DNA from: an uncultured Gemmatimonadales bacterium
GTDB taxonomy: Bacteria > Gemmatimonadota > Gemmatimonadetes > Gemmatimonadales > Gemmatimonadaceae
NCBI GenBank assembly: GCA_963850905.1
Contig: CAWKMU010000003.1
Coordinates: forward strand, 2,208,001 to 2,272,000
Direction: 5' to 3'
DNA length: 64,000 bases
How positions within the stretch are numbered: position 1 is the first letter of the stretch; every line of letters starts with the position of its first letter. The notes below the pieces were generated by a model. The model did not search any database. It worked only from the letters and a program-made list of their open reading frames with translations, and was not told where the DNA came from. Of this stretch, positions 39,823 to 50,668 are shown one piece after another. The translations under genes and the position numbers were made by a program.

Positions 39823-40847
39823 GGAAGCCGACCTTCGAGGATCGTCCCGAGCGTCGACAAGTCGATACTGCCACCCGACACGACCGACACGATGCGCCGG
39901 CCAGGCACGACTCCCGACAATGCGGCAGCGACGGACGCGGCGCCGGCGCCTTCCGCGACTGTCCGGGTACGGCTCACCAGATATCGCATCGCCTCCGCGA
40001 TCTCGGCGAGACTGACGACGACTGTCCCGGCGAGCAGCGTGCTGGCGAGCGGCCACATCTCGGTCAGGAGGCCGCGGCCGCCGATGCCATCCACGAAGCT
40101 GGGCCGGTGATCGATCTGCACCGGGCCACCGGCAGCGAGCGCCGACTCGAATGCCGGCGCCGTCTCGACCTCACATGCGATGACGCGAGCCGTCGAGCCC
40201 AGCGCGCGGAGGCCAATCGCGATGCCGCACGACAGGCCGCCGCCCCCGAACGGGACGAGCACCGTGTCCATGTCTGGTGCATCCTCGAGGATCTCCCGTG
40301 CGATCGTCGCGTTGCCGGCGATCACCAACGGATCGGCAACCGGGTGGACGAACAGACCACCGAGCCCCGGATACGAGCGCTCGACCAACACCTGCCACCA
40401 TCGGGCGAACGGCACCTTCGTCACGACGCCGCCAAGGCGCTCGACCGCCGCAACCTTCGCGAGAGGGGCGTGCTCCGGCACGATGACCCTGCAGGACACA
40501 CCCATCTCGCGAGCGGTCCACGCGACGCCCTGCGCCATGTTGCCCGCGCTCGCCGTGTACACGCCTTCGGTCAGTCGCGCCCGTGGCGCCGCCCGCAGCG
40601 CGGCGCCGGCCCCCCGGATCTTGAATGAGCCGACCGGTTGCAACGTCTCGAGCTTGAGGCCGATGTCGGACCCGCCGCCGGGCGGCGCGCTGTACACCAG
40701 CGGCGTCCGACCCGCCAGCCCGCGCAGGTGTGCGCGGGCTGCCTCGATCAGCGTCGCTGAGATCTCGACGCCAGCCAGCGACGGCGGCGCATGGGCGCCG
40801 CCGTCGCTCGACGTCGTGTGTGCCTCATTCGCCGCGAACCGGGCCAC
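39819..40847 (-). CDS. PLP-dependent threonine/serine dehydratase family protein
   Basis: LKLETLQPVGSFKIRGA, SAGNMAQG, VPFGGGGL, SGG. Confidence 0.88.
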   Translation of the reverse strand: MARFAANEAHTTSSDGGAHAPPSLAGVEISATLIEAARAHLRGLAGRTPLVYSAPPGGGSDIGLKLETLQPVGSFKIRGAGAALRAAPRARLTEGVYTASAGNMAQGVAWTAREMGVSCRVIVPEHAPLAKVAAVERLGGVVTKVPFARWWQVLVERSYPGLGGLFVHPVADPLVIAGNATIAREILEDAPDMDTVLVPFGGGGLSCGIAIGLRALGSTARVIACEVETAPAFESALAAGGPVQIDHRPSFVDGIGGRGLLTEMWPLASTLLAGTVVVSLAEIAEAMRYLVSRTRTVAEGAGAASVAAALSGVVPGRRIVSVVSGGSIDLSTLGTILEGRLP

Positions 40848-40853
40848 TGTCTG

Positions 40854-42284
40854 CTAGAACAGATTCCACAGAAACTGGTTGTACACTTCGTGGTGATATT
40901 GCACCTCTGGTGCCTTGACGAACGTCCCCAGTTGGCGCGGGCACCGATCGGCGGACGCTTGCTTGAGGTCAGCGTAGCGTGCCTTGACGTCCGCGCCCAG
41001 GAGTTTGGTCGCCCAGTTTGCACCCCGGAAATGCTCGAGCGCGGTGTACACGTTGTCCGGCAGATAGCGCTCGGCCTGTCGCAGGTTGCGGATCTTGGCC
41101 GTCTCGCCACTGAGGCCCGATTTGAAGATGGCGTACATCACCATGTACGGATTCGCGTCGGGTCCGACCGAGCGCACCTCGACGCGTGAGCTTTTCTCGT
41201 TGCCAATCGGAATGCGGATCATCGACCCGCGGTCGGTGGGCGACGCCTTGATCTGGTTCGGCGCCTCGAAGTGCGGATCCAGCCGACGATAGGCATTGAC
41301 GCTGGCGTTGAGGAGCAGGCAGATGTCGTTCGCATGGGTGAGGATGCGGTCCGCGAAGGCCCAGGCGACCTTGCTGAGCTTCTCCTCCCCTTTGGGATCC
41401 CAGAACAGGTTCTTCCCATTCTTGCTGATCGATACGTTGGTGTGCATGCCATTGCCGTTCACGCCCACGACCGGCTTCGGCAGGAACGACGCGGTGAGAC
41501 CCATCTTCGTGGCCACCTGGCGGCAGATCAGCTTGTACAACTGAATCTGGTCCGCGGCGGCGACGACTTCACCATAGGAGTAGTTGATCTCGAACTGCGA
41601 CGGCGCGACCTCGGGATGGTCCTTCTCGTTCTGGAAGCCCATGGCGCGCTGCACTTCAGCGGTCGTGTCGATGAAGGTCCGGAGCGGATCGCCGGGGAGC
41701 GAGTGATAGTACCCGCCTGTGCTCACGTACTCGAACCCCCGCGTTTCATGGTATCGCTGCTCCGCATCCGAGCCGTTGAACAAGAAGCCTTCGATCTCGT
41801 TCGCGGCGTTGAGGGTGAACCCTTCGTCTTTGTGCAGCTTGTCCGCATAGTTCTTGAGCACGCCCCGCATATCGGCGCTGTAGGGGGAGCCGTCCTTGTC
41901 GATGACTTCGCCGAACACCAACACTTTCCCGGCACCGAAGATGTCGGCGGGCGCCCAATAAAAGGCGCCCCAATCCATGGCGAGACGCAGGTCGCTCTCG
42001 CGCTGCGCCGTGAAGCCCCGGATCGATGATCCGTCGAACGTCAGGTTGTCCGAGCTCTTCACGAGGAACTTCTTGTCGTAGTCCAGCATGTGCAGCCGGC
42101 CTTCCAGGTCGCTGAACAGCACCGTCACCGCCTTGATACGCTTCTCATCGCTGAGATACTTGATCCGCTCTTCCTGGATCGTGGCCGCGCTGACCCGACG
42201 AAGGCGCTGTTCCTTCGCTTGCAGATTCAACGATTCCAACTCGTCGTATGGAAGCGCCAGATAATTTCGAAATTCGGTTGCCAT
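40854..42284 (-). CDS. glnA: Glutamine synthetase family protein
   Basis: FDGSSI, EIEGF, HPEVAPSQFEIN, FLPKP, NGNGMH, NAYRRL, RIP, EVRS, ANPY; GAGGAG RBS. Confidence 0.8.
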   Translation of the reverse strand: MATEFRNYLALPYDELESLNLQAKEQRLRRVSAATIQEERIKYLSDEKRIKAVTVLFSDLEGRLHMLDYDKKFLVKSSDNLTFDGSSIRGFTAQRESDLRLAMDWGAFYWAPADIFGAGKVLVFGEVIDKDGSPYSADMRGVLKNYADKLHKDEGFTLNAANEIEGFLFNGSDAEQRYHETRGFEYVSTGGYYHSLPGDPLRTFIDTTAEVQRAMGFQNEKDHPEVAPSQFEINYSYGEVVAAADQIQLYKLICRQVATKMGLTASFLPKPVVGVNGNGMHTNVSISKNGKNLFWDPKGEEKLSKVAWAFADRILTHANDICLLLNASVNAYRRLDPHFEAPNQIKASPTDRGSMIRIPIGNEKSSRVEVRSVGPDANPYMVMYAIFKSGLSGETAKIRNLRQAERYLPDNVYTALEHFRGANWATKLLGADVKARYADLKQASADRCPRQLGTFVKAPEVQYHHEVYNQFLWNLF

Positions 42285-42382
42285 GAACTCCTCGTCAGGG
42301 AAGTGGTGCTGGTCGGCCCGCACCCGGTGCCGAGCCACCCGGGCGGAATTTATTCCCCCCGGCCGTGGGGCGCACCGCCAAT

Positions 42383-44848
42383 TCAGTTCACGGGCGGGCG
42401 ACCGCTGGCCGACTGAGCCGGAGCGCCTTTCACGTACAGGTCCAGCCAGCGCACCATCTCCCACAGGGTGTGGCCGACACTCTCGCGCGCACGGTAGCCG
42501 TGGGCCTCTGCCGGCAACATGACCAGCCGCGTCGTCCCTCCATTGCCAGCCAGAGCCGCATAGAATCGCTCAGACTGGACCGGAAAGGTGCCCGTATTGT
42601 CATCGGCCTCTCCGTGTATCAACAGCAACGGCGCCGACAGGCTGTCGGCGTAGGTGAAGGGTGACATCCGCATGTAGGTATCCCGCGCCTGCCAGAAAAG
42701 CCGCTCTTCCGCCTGGAACCCGAATGGCGTGAGCGTGCGGTTGTACGCCCCGCTGCGCGCGATCCCGGCACGGAACAGTTTGGAATGCACGAGGAGGTTG
42801 GCGGTCATGAACGCACCGTAGGAGTGGCCGCCGACACCGATTCGAGAGCGGTCCGCGACGCCCATCGATACGATCTTGTCGATGGCCGCCTGCGCACTCG
42901 ACACCAATTGCTGAACGTACGTGTCGTTCGGCTCGTGATCGCCCTCCCCGATAATCGGCATCGTCGGGCCATCCAGCACGCCGTACCCCTGCGTCACCAG
43001 AAAGAGCTCCGATGGACCCGTTGGACGCACGAAACTGTAGGGAGAGCCCACGACCTGGGCTGCAGCCGCGGCGGTCTTGAACTCCTGCGGATACGCCCAG
43101 AGCAGGAACGGGAGCGGCCCCTGTGCGGGCGTGTACCCGGCCGGCAGGTAGAGTGTGGCCGAGAGCAACACGCCATCGGATCGCGTGTAGGTGATGAGCT
43201 GCTTCGAGACCCCGGCAAATTGGGGGGCAGGATCAACGAACTGCGTCAACTGATGGAGCGCCCCACCGGGCAGCTCCCGCACGAAATACTGCGGCACGTC
43301 ACGCACCGACTCGCGGCGCGTCAGCGCGCGCCGCCCAGCGGCGTCGAGCACGCGCACGACGTATTCGTAGTACGGGGCCGACGACCGCCACAGGCGTATC
43401 GTGTGGCCCGTCGACAGATCGATTCGATCGAGGAATGGCTGGTCTCCCTGGGGCGACGCGCCCGCTCCCGTGAGGTATGCCGATCGACCGTCCTGTGTGG
43501 TCAACAGAACCGCCTCACCGAACGACCCACCCGTCGTCACGAAGGCACCGGGGTCGCCGTACCGGTCCTCGTACGACCGGTCAAACACCAGACGCGGAGC
43601 GGTAGCTGGCTGCGCCGGCTGGATCGCCCACGTCCGGGCGCGACGGGTCTTCCACCACCGCTCGGTTACGACCGCGAGGTCGTCCCGCGACCAGACCACG
43701 TCGACGACACGATAGCCGAAGCCCCCGATCGCGACCGGTGCCGAGAACGGGGCGATCGATTGGAAGAGGCGATCACGAACGTTGTCCACCACCGCAGCGT
43801 TGGGGTCTCCACGGTCGTTCGCCTCGACCCAGGTAAGAACGGCTGGTTGGTCGGTCCGCCACGCGACGTGGCGCGGGCCGGTAGGCACCGCATCGAATGA
43901 GATGGGGACCGACTCCTGGAGCGGTACATTGGCGATGCGCGCGACGCTGGTGCCGGTGCCTGCGTCCCACACGTCTATGCGAGTGGGAAAACGGGAGCGC
44001 GGTACGTGATACGAGTACGGGCGGTGCACGGACTCGACGAGCACATATCGACCGTCGGGGGACGGCGCGCTGGAGACAATTACCGCCGCCGACCCCAGTG
44101 GTGACACGGCCCCGGTGAGGGAGACCCGAGCGAGCTGGGAGCGATAGTAGTAGTCGAAGGTGGCCTCATCGTCCGCGTTGGCGAGCAAATCCTCATACGT
44201 CGGATTGGGAATGGCCTTCCCGCTGGATTGTTCGATCGTCGGGCCGGTTGGCGTCGCGGCCGGTTGCGGTGGCTCACCTCCGTCCGTCGGCCGAAACCGG
44301 CACACCAGTCCTTGATCGCCGGGCAGCCACCCACACGGAGGTCCAGCGGCCGCGTTGAGCGGCTGCGACGTCAGCTGGTGCGCAGCACCCGTGGCGACAT
44401 CGGCCACCCAGATCGTGAGGGCGCCATCTGCACCCTCGAGCGTCGCAGCAATGTGCCGTGCATCGGCGGACCACCAGACATGGTGAATCCGTGCGCCGGA
44501 TGGCAGCTCGACGCGGCGTCCTGCGTCGCCCGCGACGGATTGCAGGCGGAGGCCGGTGAGTGTCGCGTGACGCGGGTCATCGCTTGTCCGGGGATTGATG
44601 CGATCGCCTGCGAGTCGCAGCACCGGCGCAGCCACTTCCGCGATCGAGGGGAGTGCCGGGCGCTCGAGCAGCAGCAGCCAATGGCCGTCAGGACTGGGCT
44701 CGACGGCCGGCACCGGCGGCGCGTCCAGCATTTGGGCAATCGGGGCCGGAGGCTGTTGGTACGGCGTCTGGGCCGGCAGCTCCCTCCACAGACCAACGAT
44801 GCCAAAGACGAGTGCCGCGTGCCGTGCCGACGCAGGGAGTCCCGCCAT
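42383..44848 (-). CDS. S9 family (prolyl oligopeptidase-like) peptidase, secreted
   Basis: GGHSYGAFM, SGAYNRTLTPFGFQ, IHGEADDN, EAHGY. Confidence 0.92.
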   Translation of the reverse strand: MAGLPASARHAALVFGIVGLWRELPAQTPYQQPPAPIAQMLDAPPVPAVEPSPDGHWLLLLERPALPSIAEVAAPVLRLAGDRINPRTSDDPRHATLTGLRLQSVAGDAGRRVELPSGARIHHVWWSADARHIAATLEGADGALTIWVADVATGAAHQLTSQPLNAAAGPPCGWLPGDQGLVCRFRPTDGGEPPQPAATPTGPTIEQSSGKAIPNPTYEDLLANADDEATFDYYYRSQLARVSLTGAVSPLGSAAVIVSSAPSPDGRYVLVESVHRPYSYHVPRSRFPTRIDVWDAGTGTSVARIANVPLQESVPISFDAVPTGPRHVAWRTDQPAVLTWVEANDRGDPNAAVVDNVRDRLFQSIAPFSAPVAIGGFGYRVVDVVWSRDDLAVVTERWWKTRRARTWAIQPAQPATAPRLVFDRSYEDRYGDPGAFVTTGGSFGEAVLLTTQDGRSAYLTGAGASPQGDQPFLDRIDLSTGHTIRLWRSSAPYYEYVVRVLDAAGRRALTRRESVRDVPQYFVRELPGGALHQLTQFVDPAPQFAGVSKQLITYTRSDGVLLSATLYLPAGYTPAQGPLPFLLWAYPQEFKTAAAAAQVVGSPYSFVRPTGPSELFLVTQGYGVLDGPTMPIIGEGDHEPNDTYVQQLVSSAQAAIDKIVSMGVADRSRIGVGGHSYGAFMTANLLVHSKLFRAGIARSGAYNRTLTPFGFQAEERLFWQARDTYMRMSPFTYADSLSAPLLLIHGEADDNTGTFPVQSERFYAALAGNGGTTRLVMLPAEAHGYRARESVGHTLWEMVRWLDLYVKGAPAQSASGRPPVN

Positions 44849-45018
44849 AGAATCTCCGAAGAATGGACTACGTGGTATCGTAGCCCCGACGTGCGAAGCC
44901 GGCGAGTCCCGCCCAGGGCGTACCCGTTCCACCGGGCTTCGCTGTAGTTTGGTTCACTGCACGATACTACCGATTTGACCGCGGTGTGGCTCGCGGACGC
45001 ATCCCACCAACCAGTGAC

Positions 45019-45972
45019 ATGTCCGATTCCTTCACGCTTGCCGATATCGAAGCCGCTCGGGTCCGCGTGGCGCCGTTCGTCCACCGCACGCCGCTGACCC
45101 GCAATCGCACCTTGAGCGAACGACTCGGGACGAACCTCTACCTCAAGGCAGAAGTCTTCCAGAAGACCGGATCCTTCAAGGTGCGCGGAGCGTTCAACAC
45201 GATGTTGAGCCTCGGGCCCGAAGCCCGGGAGCGCGGCGTCGTCGCCATGAGTGGTGGCAATCATGCGCAGGCCGTCGCTTACGCCGCACACGCGCTCGGC
45301 GTTCGCGCGCTCATCTTCATACCCGAAGCGACCCCGAAGAACTACGTGCGCGCGACGCAGGGTTATGGCGCCGAGGTGTGCATCGTGCCGACGCCGGCCG
45401 ATGGCTTCCGCGAGATGTACGAACACGGCGAGCGAGGCTGGATCGTGGTGCACCCGTTCGATGATCCGCTCGTCATGGCGGGGCAGGGAACGGTCGGACT
45501 CGAGATCGTCGATGATGTACCCGCCGTCACCGATGTATTCGTGAGCATTGGGGGCGGGGGGCTCATGGGTGGCGTCTCGACGGCGGTGAAGTCCCTCCGT
45601 CCTGGCGCGCGAGTCTGGGGAGTGGAGACAGAGGGCGCGGACTGCATGGCGCAGGCACTGGCCGCCGGCACCGTTGTCACCCTGACGGCGATCACGTCGA
45701 TCGCTCGGACGCTGGGAGCGCCTGCGGCGTCCGAAGCGACGCTGGCACTGGCTCGCAAGTACCTCGAATCGGTGACCGTCGTCAGCGATGCCGAAGCGAT
45801 GGTGGCGTTGCGTCTCTTGCTGGAGCGGACCAAGATCTTGACCGAACCTGCGGCATCGTGCACTCTTGCCGCGGCTGAGCGGCTGCGATCCCGCTTTGGC
45901 CCCGACGAGCATGTGGTCTTGGTGCTTTGCGGTGGCAACCTGGCCCTGGACGACCTGTGCCGGCTTGCCTGA
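45019..45972 (+). CDS. PLP-dependent threonine/serine dehydratase family protein (second paralogue)
   Basis: LKAEVFQKTGSFKVRGA, SGGNHAQ, HPFDDP, GGGGL, CGGN. Confidence 0.9.
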   Translation: MSDSFTLADIEAARVRVAPFVHRTPLTRNRTLSERLGTNLYLKAEVFQKTGSFKVRGAFNTMLSLGPEARERGVVAMSGGNHAQAVAYAAHALGVRALIFIPEATPKNYVRATQGYGAEVCIVPTPADGFREMYEHGERGWIVVHPFDDPLVMAGQGTVGLEIVDDVPAVTDVFVSIGGGGLMGGVSTAVKSLRPGARVWGVETEGADCMAQALAAGTVVTLTAITSIARTLGAPAASEATLALARKYLESVTVVSDAEAMVALRLLLERTKILTEPAASCTLAAAERLRSRFGPDEHVVLVLCGGNLALDDLCRLA

Positions 45973-46019
45973 TGCTGAGCAGGTGTGTGACGAGGGGGCG
46001 CGCCCCTCCGTCCTAGTCA

Positions 46020-46373
46020 ATGTCCAATGATGCCACCGGGGATCCAACCGTGAGCGCCCCACAGACCCCCTCCGAAGGCGGGTCGGCGCCGGAGCGCCGG
46101 AGCGGCTCGAGTCGCCGGAGTGCGCCAGAGCGGCGGGTGGTGACGATGGCCCCGTCGCCGTGGCGGCGGCGGAAGCGCATCCGGCCGTGGATCTTCCTCA
46201 GCAACACGACGAACGTGCTCATGATCCTGGCCTTCACCGGGCTCGTGGCGTTCGCGTGCTGGGAAGCCGAGGCGCGCGACAGCGCACACAAGCCGCGGGT
46301 ATACCACGCCCGGGTGCGTCCAGGCACCTCGGTGCTGCCATTGCCAGAGGCGCCGGAGCCCGCCAAGCAGTAG
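46020..46373 (+). CDS. Small single-pass membrane hypothetical protein
   Basis: ERRSGSSRRSAPERR segment, one hydrophobic helix; fills the gap between genes. Confidence 0.5.
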   Translation: MSNDATGDPTVSAPQTPSEGGSAPERRSGSSRRSAPERRVVTMAPSPWRRRKRIRPWIFLSNTTNVLMILAFTGLVAFACWEAEARDSAHKPRVYHARVRPGTSVLPLPEAPEPAKQ

Positions 46374-46426
46374 GGGAGCGGCGCGTTCGGCCTGGACAAC
46401 TCCTGAGCCGCAGTCATGATTACCGC

Positions 46427-47384
46427 ATGCCACGCACCGATGAGGCGCCGTGCGCGATCGGCCGGCGCGGATTCCTGCATTGGCTCGCCGGTGCGACTGT
46501 CGTCGGTGTTGCCGCCCCCGTTGCCTCGCCGCTGGATCTGCTCACTAACGGCCCGGGCTTCACGCGGTCGGCGGTAGAGGGCGACGCATCGCGTCGCCCC
46601 TACACCGATCACGCGCCGAAGGGTTCGTCGATGCGCGTCCGCACGCTCGGACGCATTGGCATCCAGGTGTACACGGTGCGACGCCTCATGCCGCAGGATC
46701 CCGACGGGACGCTGGCCGCACTCGCCGCGATTGGCTACACCGAAGTCGAGTTGGCCGGGTTGTACGGCAATACGCCTTCAGCGATGCGACAGATGCTCGA
46801 TCGACACGGACTCGCCGCGGTGTCCGGGCATCTCGTCACTCACCGACATGCGGCGCGACTGGCCTCGATCGCTCGACGATGCGGCAACGCTCGGCCAGCA
46901 CTACATCGTCTGCTCATTGTTCGCGGAGTCGGAGCGGTCGATAGACGCTTTCCATCGCAACGCGCACGAGATGAACGAGCTCGCGGCGATCGCTCGACAG
47001 CATGGCATCCAGTTCGGCTACCACAACCACATGTACGAGTTTGCGCCGGTCTCCGGTGTCGTGCCTTACGACATCCTCCTCACGGAATGCGACCCCCATC
47101 TGGTCCAGATGGAGGCCGATCTCATGTGGATGACGAAAGGCGGTGGCGACCCGGTCGCGTACTTCAATCGGTATCCCGGCCGGTTTCCCATGGTGCACGT
47201 CAAAGACATGACGAAGGACGGCACGATGGTCGACGTCGGGCAAGGCTCTATCGACTTCGCACGCATCTTCGCACAATCGGATCTCGCCGGCATCAAGCAC
47301 TATTTCGTGGAGCACGACGAGCCACCGAACCCGATTGCGGACGCTCGACGATGCTACGATTATCTGCGCCACCTGACATTTTGA
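46427..47384 (+). CDS. Sugar phosphate isomerase/epimerase (TIM barrel), Tat signal (extra base near 46835)
   Basis: [50 protein letters not shown]. Confidence 0.88.
46574..46603. repeat. REP palindrome inside a CDS
   Basis: GTAGAGGGCGACGCATCGCGTCGCCCCTAC, same family as the copies at 25740, 48694 and 52460. Confidence 0.85.
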
Positions 47385-47457
47385 GGTCGGCGGCGGGATT
47401 GCCGTCCAACCGCGCGCGCCAGGAAGTCGGGCGCATGCGCGATCCCGAGGAGAGTCG

Positions 47458-48672
47458 ATGAGCGTCGTGCGCGTGAAACTGTCGACGATGATGTTCCTGG
47501 AGTACTTCATCTGGGGAGTCTGGTCCGTCACGCTCGGCACGTACCTGGGACACACGCTCAACTTCCGGGGCACCCAGATCGGGTTCGCGGCGGGCGCGGT
47601 GGCGGTCGGCGCGGTGGTGTCGCCGTTTTTCGTGGGGATGGTCGCCGATCGATTCTTCGCGACCGAACGGGTGCTGGCGGTGCTGCACCTCGTGGGAGGG
47701 GCACTGCTCTTCCTCGCCTCGTCGCTCACCAGTTTCGTCCCGTTTTATCTCGCGCTGGTCGGCTACGCGCTGTGTTACATGCCTACATTGGCGCTGACCA
47801 ACTCACTCTCGTTCGACCACCTCGAGGACCCCGCCCGCCAGTTCCCCGCGATTCGGGTGTTGGGCACGATTGGCTGGATCGTCGCGGGTCTCATCGTCGG
47901 GCAGCTCCAACTCGAAGCCACGGCGACCCCACTGCGTCTCGGCGCGGCGGCTTCCGTGTTACTGGGGGTCTGTGCGTTCGCCCTGCCGCACTCGCCGCCG
48001 CATGCCGCAGGCAAGCCGTTCAGCGTTCGCGACGCACTGGGCCTCGACGCGCTCGCGCTCATGCGAGACCGGTCATTCGCGACGTTTCTGATCGGATCGT
48101 TTCTCGTCTGTATCCCGCTGCAGTTCTACTACGCATTCACCAACCTGTATCTCAACGAGATCGGGCTGCCTGAGCCGGCCAGCAAGATGACGCTCGGCCA
48201 GGGATCGGAAGTCGCGTTCATGCTCTTGCTGCCGTGGTGCTTGGCGCGACTCGGCGTCAAGCGCATCCTCCTCATCGGTATGGCGGCGTGGGCTCTGCGC
48301 TTTCTCGCCTTCTCTGGCGGCAACCCCGGCCCGCTCATGTGGATGCTGTACGCCGGGATTCTGCTGCACGGCGTGTGCTACGACTTCTTTTTCGTGACGG
48401 GTCAGATCTACGTCGACCAACGCGCCAGTGTGCAGATCCGCGCGGCCGCGCAGGGGCTACTGGCCTTCGTCACGTTCGGCGCGGGCTGGTTCATTGGTTC
48501 GTGGCTCGCGGGCCGTGTGGTCGATGCCTATCGGACCCCGACCGGCCACGATTGGCACGCGATCTGGCTCGTACCCGCCGCTATCGCCGGGACGATCCTC
48601 ATCGCATTCGCGGTCCTGTTCCAAACCACCGCGCGACAAACGACGGCGGAGGCTGCCGTAACGGTCACCTGA
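47458..48672 (+). CDS. Nucleoside:H+ symporter family MFS permease (NupG-like)
   Basis: [40 protein letters not shown]. Confidence 0.9.
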   Translation: MSVVRVKLSTMMFLEYFIWGVWSVTLGTYLGHTLNFRGTQIGFAAGAVAVGAVVSPFFVGMVADRFFATERVLAVLHLVGGALLFLASSLTSFVPFYLALVGYALCYMPTLALTNSLSFDHLEDPARQFPAIRVLGTIGWIVAGLIVGQLQLEATATPLRLGAAASVLLGVCAFALPHSPPHAAGKPFSVRDALGLDALALMRDRSFATFLIGSFLVCIPLQFYYAFTNLYLNEIGLPEPASKMTLGQGSEVAFMLLLPWCLARLGVKRILLIGMAAWALRFLAFSGGNPGPLMWMLYAGILLHGVCYDFFFVTGQIYVDQRASVQIRAAAQGLLAFVTFGAGWFIGSWLAGRVVDAYRTPTGHDWHAIWLVPAAIAGTILIAFAVLFQTTARQTTAEAAVTVT

Positions 48673-48693
48673 CTTTGTGCGGACCGAGATGGA

Positions 48694-48781
48694 GGGCGAC
48701 GCAAAGCGTCGCCCCTACCGGTCCAAAGCCGGTTTGTCGTGGTCTACGTTCTACTTTCTGTGGTTCTACTCTCTCGGGCGC
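48694..48781 (-). repeat. Left copy of ~88-bp REP-ended inverted repeat
   Basis: Reverse complement aligns to 52398-52484 with 8 mismatches and 1 indel by hand alignment. Confidence 0.92.
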
Positions 48782-50034
48782 TGCAGCGCCCGCGGCCAGC
48801 GCCATTCTCCGCGGGCAACCTGCGGGACGAAGCTGTCGAGTCCGGGCGGGGGGAAGGACAACGTCCGCTCGTGCTCGGCGCTCATGTAAGCACACATGAG
48901 CAGACGCACGACGTCGACGCCTTCGTCGAAGGTGTACGCTGGACGCGTCCCCTGAAGAAACGCCTGCACGAAATGCCGGTTCTCGGCTTCATAGCCGTAC
49001 GCCGCCGCCTCGCCCGCGACCACCGGCATGAGGCCCACTTCGGCGTTCTGCTTCTCGACGAGGTCCTCGCCGCTCTTTCCACGGACCTCGCGGCTGAAAA
49101 AGAGCTTGAGCCCCGCGTCGAGCGTGTTCCACGACATCGAGTATTCCGGGCCGAACAGCTCGGCCGAGAGGCGGAGCCCCGCGCCAACGAAACTCCATGA
49201 CGTCGTCGCCTCGCCCAGCACATGACGGCCGTCGGAGTCGACGAACTCCACCATCATGCTGGCGAAGTCCTCGGAAGGCGCCTTCGCGTAATCCACCTCG
49301 CGGCCCATGGTCGTGGCGAGTCGGCGTGCATACTCGGGCTGCGACCACTTGAGGCTCGCGATGTGGGCGGTGACGCGCACGGGTCGGATTGTGCTGACCA
49401 ATTGCCCGGGCTCCGTGAGCAGATGGCGCACGAGCAACGCAGAGTGGCACATCATGTCGTTGAGCACCCCGCCGCCCTGCAACCGTCCCTGCCAGAACCA
49501 CGGGCTGTGCGGACCACCGTGCTCCTCGGCGGCTCGGGCGAGATACGGGCGGCCGGTGAGCCGGGCCCCGCGCGCCCAGGTAATGGTGCGTCCGTGCTCG
49601 ACTTGCGGCGCGAACACCTGGTTCTCCAGATACCCGTGGTTCAACCCAGCCCCCGTCACCAGCTCGGCCACACGCTGTGCTTCGGCGACAGTCCGGGCCA
49701 AAGGCTTCTCACACGCGATGCCGAGGAGCTGACCGCGGCCGCGCCCGAGCGCGTCGACGATCTCCTCCACGTTCTCGACGCGGGAGAAGTTCGGTCCACA
49801 TAGCCAGATCGCATCGATCGCGGGGTCCGCGACGAGGTCGCCGATCGACTTGACCGGGCGGGCCTGCCCGACACCGAGCGTGCCAGCCAGTGCGGCCGTT
49901 TCAGCGGCGCGCTCGGCGTGCGGGCTCCACACGCCAACGACGTCCGCGTCGCGCACCCCGACGAATCCGTGCAGGTGAAACTTCGCGTTGAACCCACTGC
50001 CGATCAGACCGATGCCGAGTCGCCGGGCTGCCAT
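48766..50034 (-). CDS. Gfo/Idh/MocA family oxidoreductase
   Basis: GLIGSGFNAKFH, CEKPLAR, GGGVLNDMMCH. Confidence 0.9.
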   Translation of the reverse strand: MAARRLGIGLIGSGFNAKFHLHGFVGVRDADVVGVWSPHAERAAETAALAGTLGVGQARPVKSIGDLVADPAIDAIWLCGPNFSRVENVEEIVDALGRGRGQLLGIACEKPLARTVAEAQRVAELVTGAGLNHGYLENQVFAPQVEHGRTITWARGARLTGRPYLARAAEEHGGPHSPWFWQGRLQGGGVLNDMMCHSALLVRHLLTEPGQLVSTIRPVRVTAHIASLKWSQPEYARRLATTMGREVDYAKAPSEDFASMMVEFVDSDGRHVLGEATTSWSFVGAGLRLSAELFGPEYSMSWNTLDAGLKLFFSREVRGKSGEDLVEKQNAEVGLMPVVAGEAAAYGYEAENRHFVQAFLQGTRPAYTFDEGVDVVRLLMCAYMSAEHERTLSFPPPGLDSFVPQVARGEWRWPRALQRPRE

Positions 50035-50080
50035 TGATGGGAGGAGAGAGACCGAGTGGGGTGCGTGGTGCCGGTGATGA

Positions 50081-50668
50081 TCAGTAACTGACGCCCAGCT
50101 TGTCCAGAGCGGCCTGCGGACACCCCGTCCACTCGTGGACAGCCGTGTTGCCCAGATACCGCAGGTCCGCCACGCCCATTGGGCTGCTCCAGAAGCCGGA
50201 CGCCGTCAGATCGCGGAAGTGCGTGAAGAAGGCCACTCCCTGGCTCATCTCGGGGCGCCCCCGCTCGGGCCACGCGATCGCGTCCAGGGTACGCGCGCGA
50301 TCCGCCGCTGCGCAATCCGCGAACGCTGCCCTGAACGTGGCGTGGCAGTAGGTATCCAGCCAGCGCAACCCACCCCGGATTGGCGTTTGGAGATCGGCGC
50401 GATCGACCACGATGAAATCCAGGAACTCGGGCACGCCCGCGTCGGTGGCGCTGCCAGACCGTTCATCCCGCGGAATCACATAGTCGGCGAGCATCCGGAC
50501 CGTGCGCCATTCGTGCGGGGTGAAGAATCGCGGCGTGGCGGGCGGCACCAGCGCTCGGGTGAAGTAATGCCGGGCGCGTTCGACCAGGGCCGCCCGATCG
50601 AGCACGCCAACGGGAAGCACGGCCAACGCAGCGAGCGCCTCACGGCGCGTGACCATGGAGTCGCTCAT
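50081..50668 (-). CDS. Gluconate 2-dehydrogenase subunit 3 family protein
   Basis: TRREAL; FFTPHE, IPRDERSGSATDAGVPEF, GFWSS.MG..DL.YLGN. Confidence 0.9.
   Translation of the reverse strand: MSDSMVTRREALAALAVLPVGVLDRAALVERARHYFTRALVPPATPRFFTPHEWRTVRMLADYVIPRDERSGSATDAGVPEFLDFIVVDRADLQTPIRGGLRWLDTYCHATFRAAFADCAAADRARTLDAIAWPERGRPEMSQGVAFFTHFRDLTASGFWSSPMGVADLRYLGNTAVHEWTGCPQAALDKLGVSY

Noticed and set aside
42285..42385. glnA riboswitch or sigma-54 promoter upstream of glutamine synthetase
   Set aside because: No correctly spaced GG-N10-GC box and no recognisable glnA-motif consensus.
45989..46012. Intrinsic terminator after the second dehydratase
   Set aside because: Imperfect GC hairpin with no U-tract.
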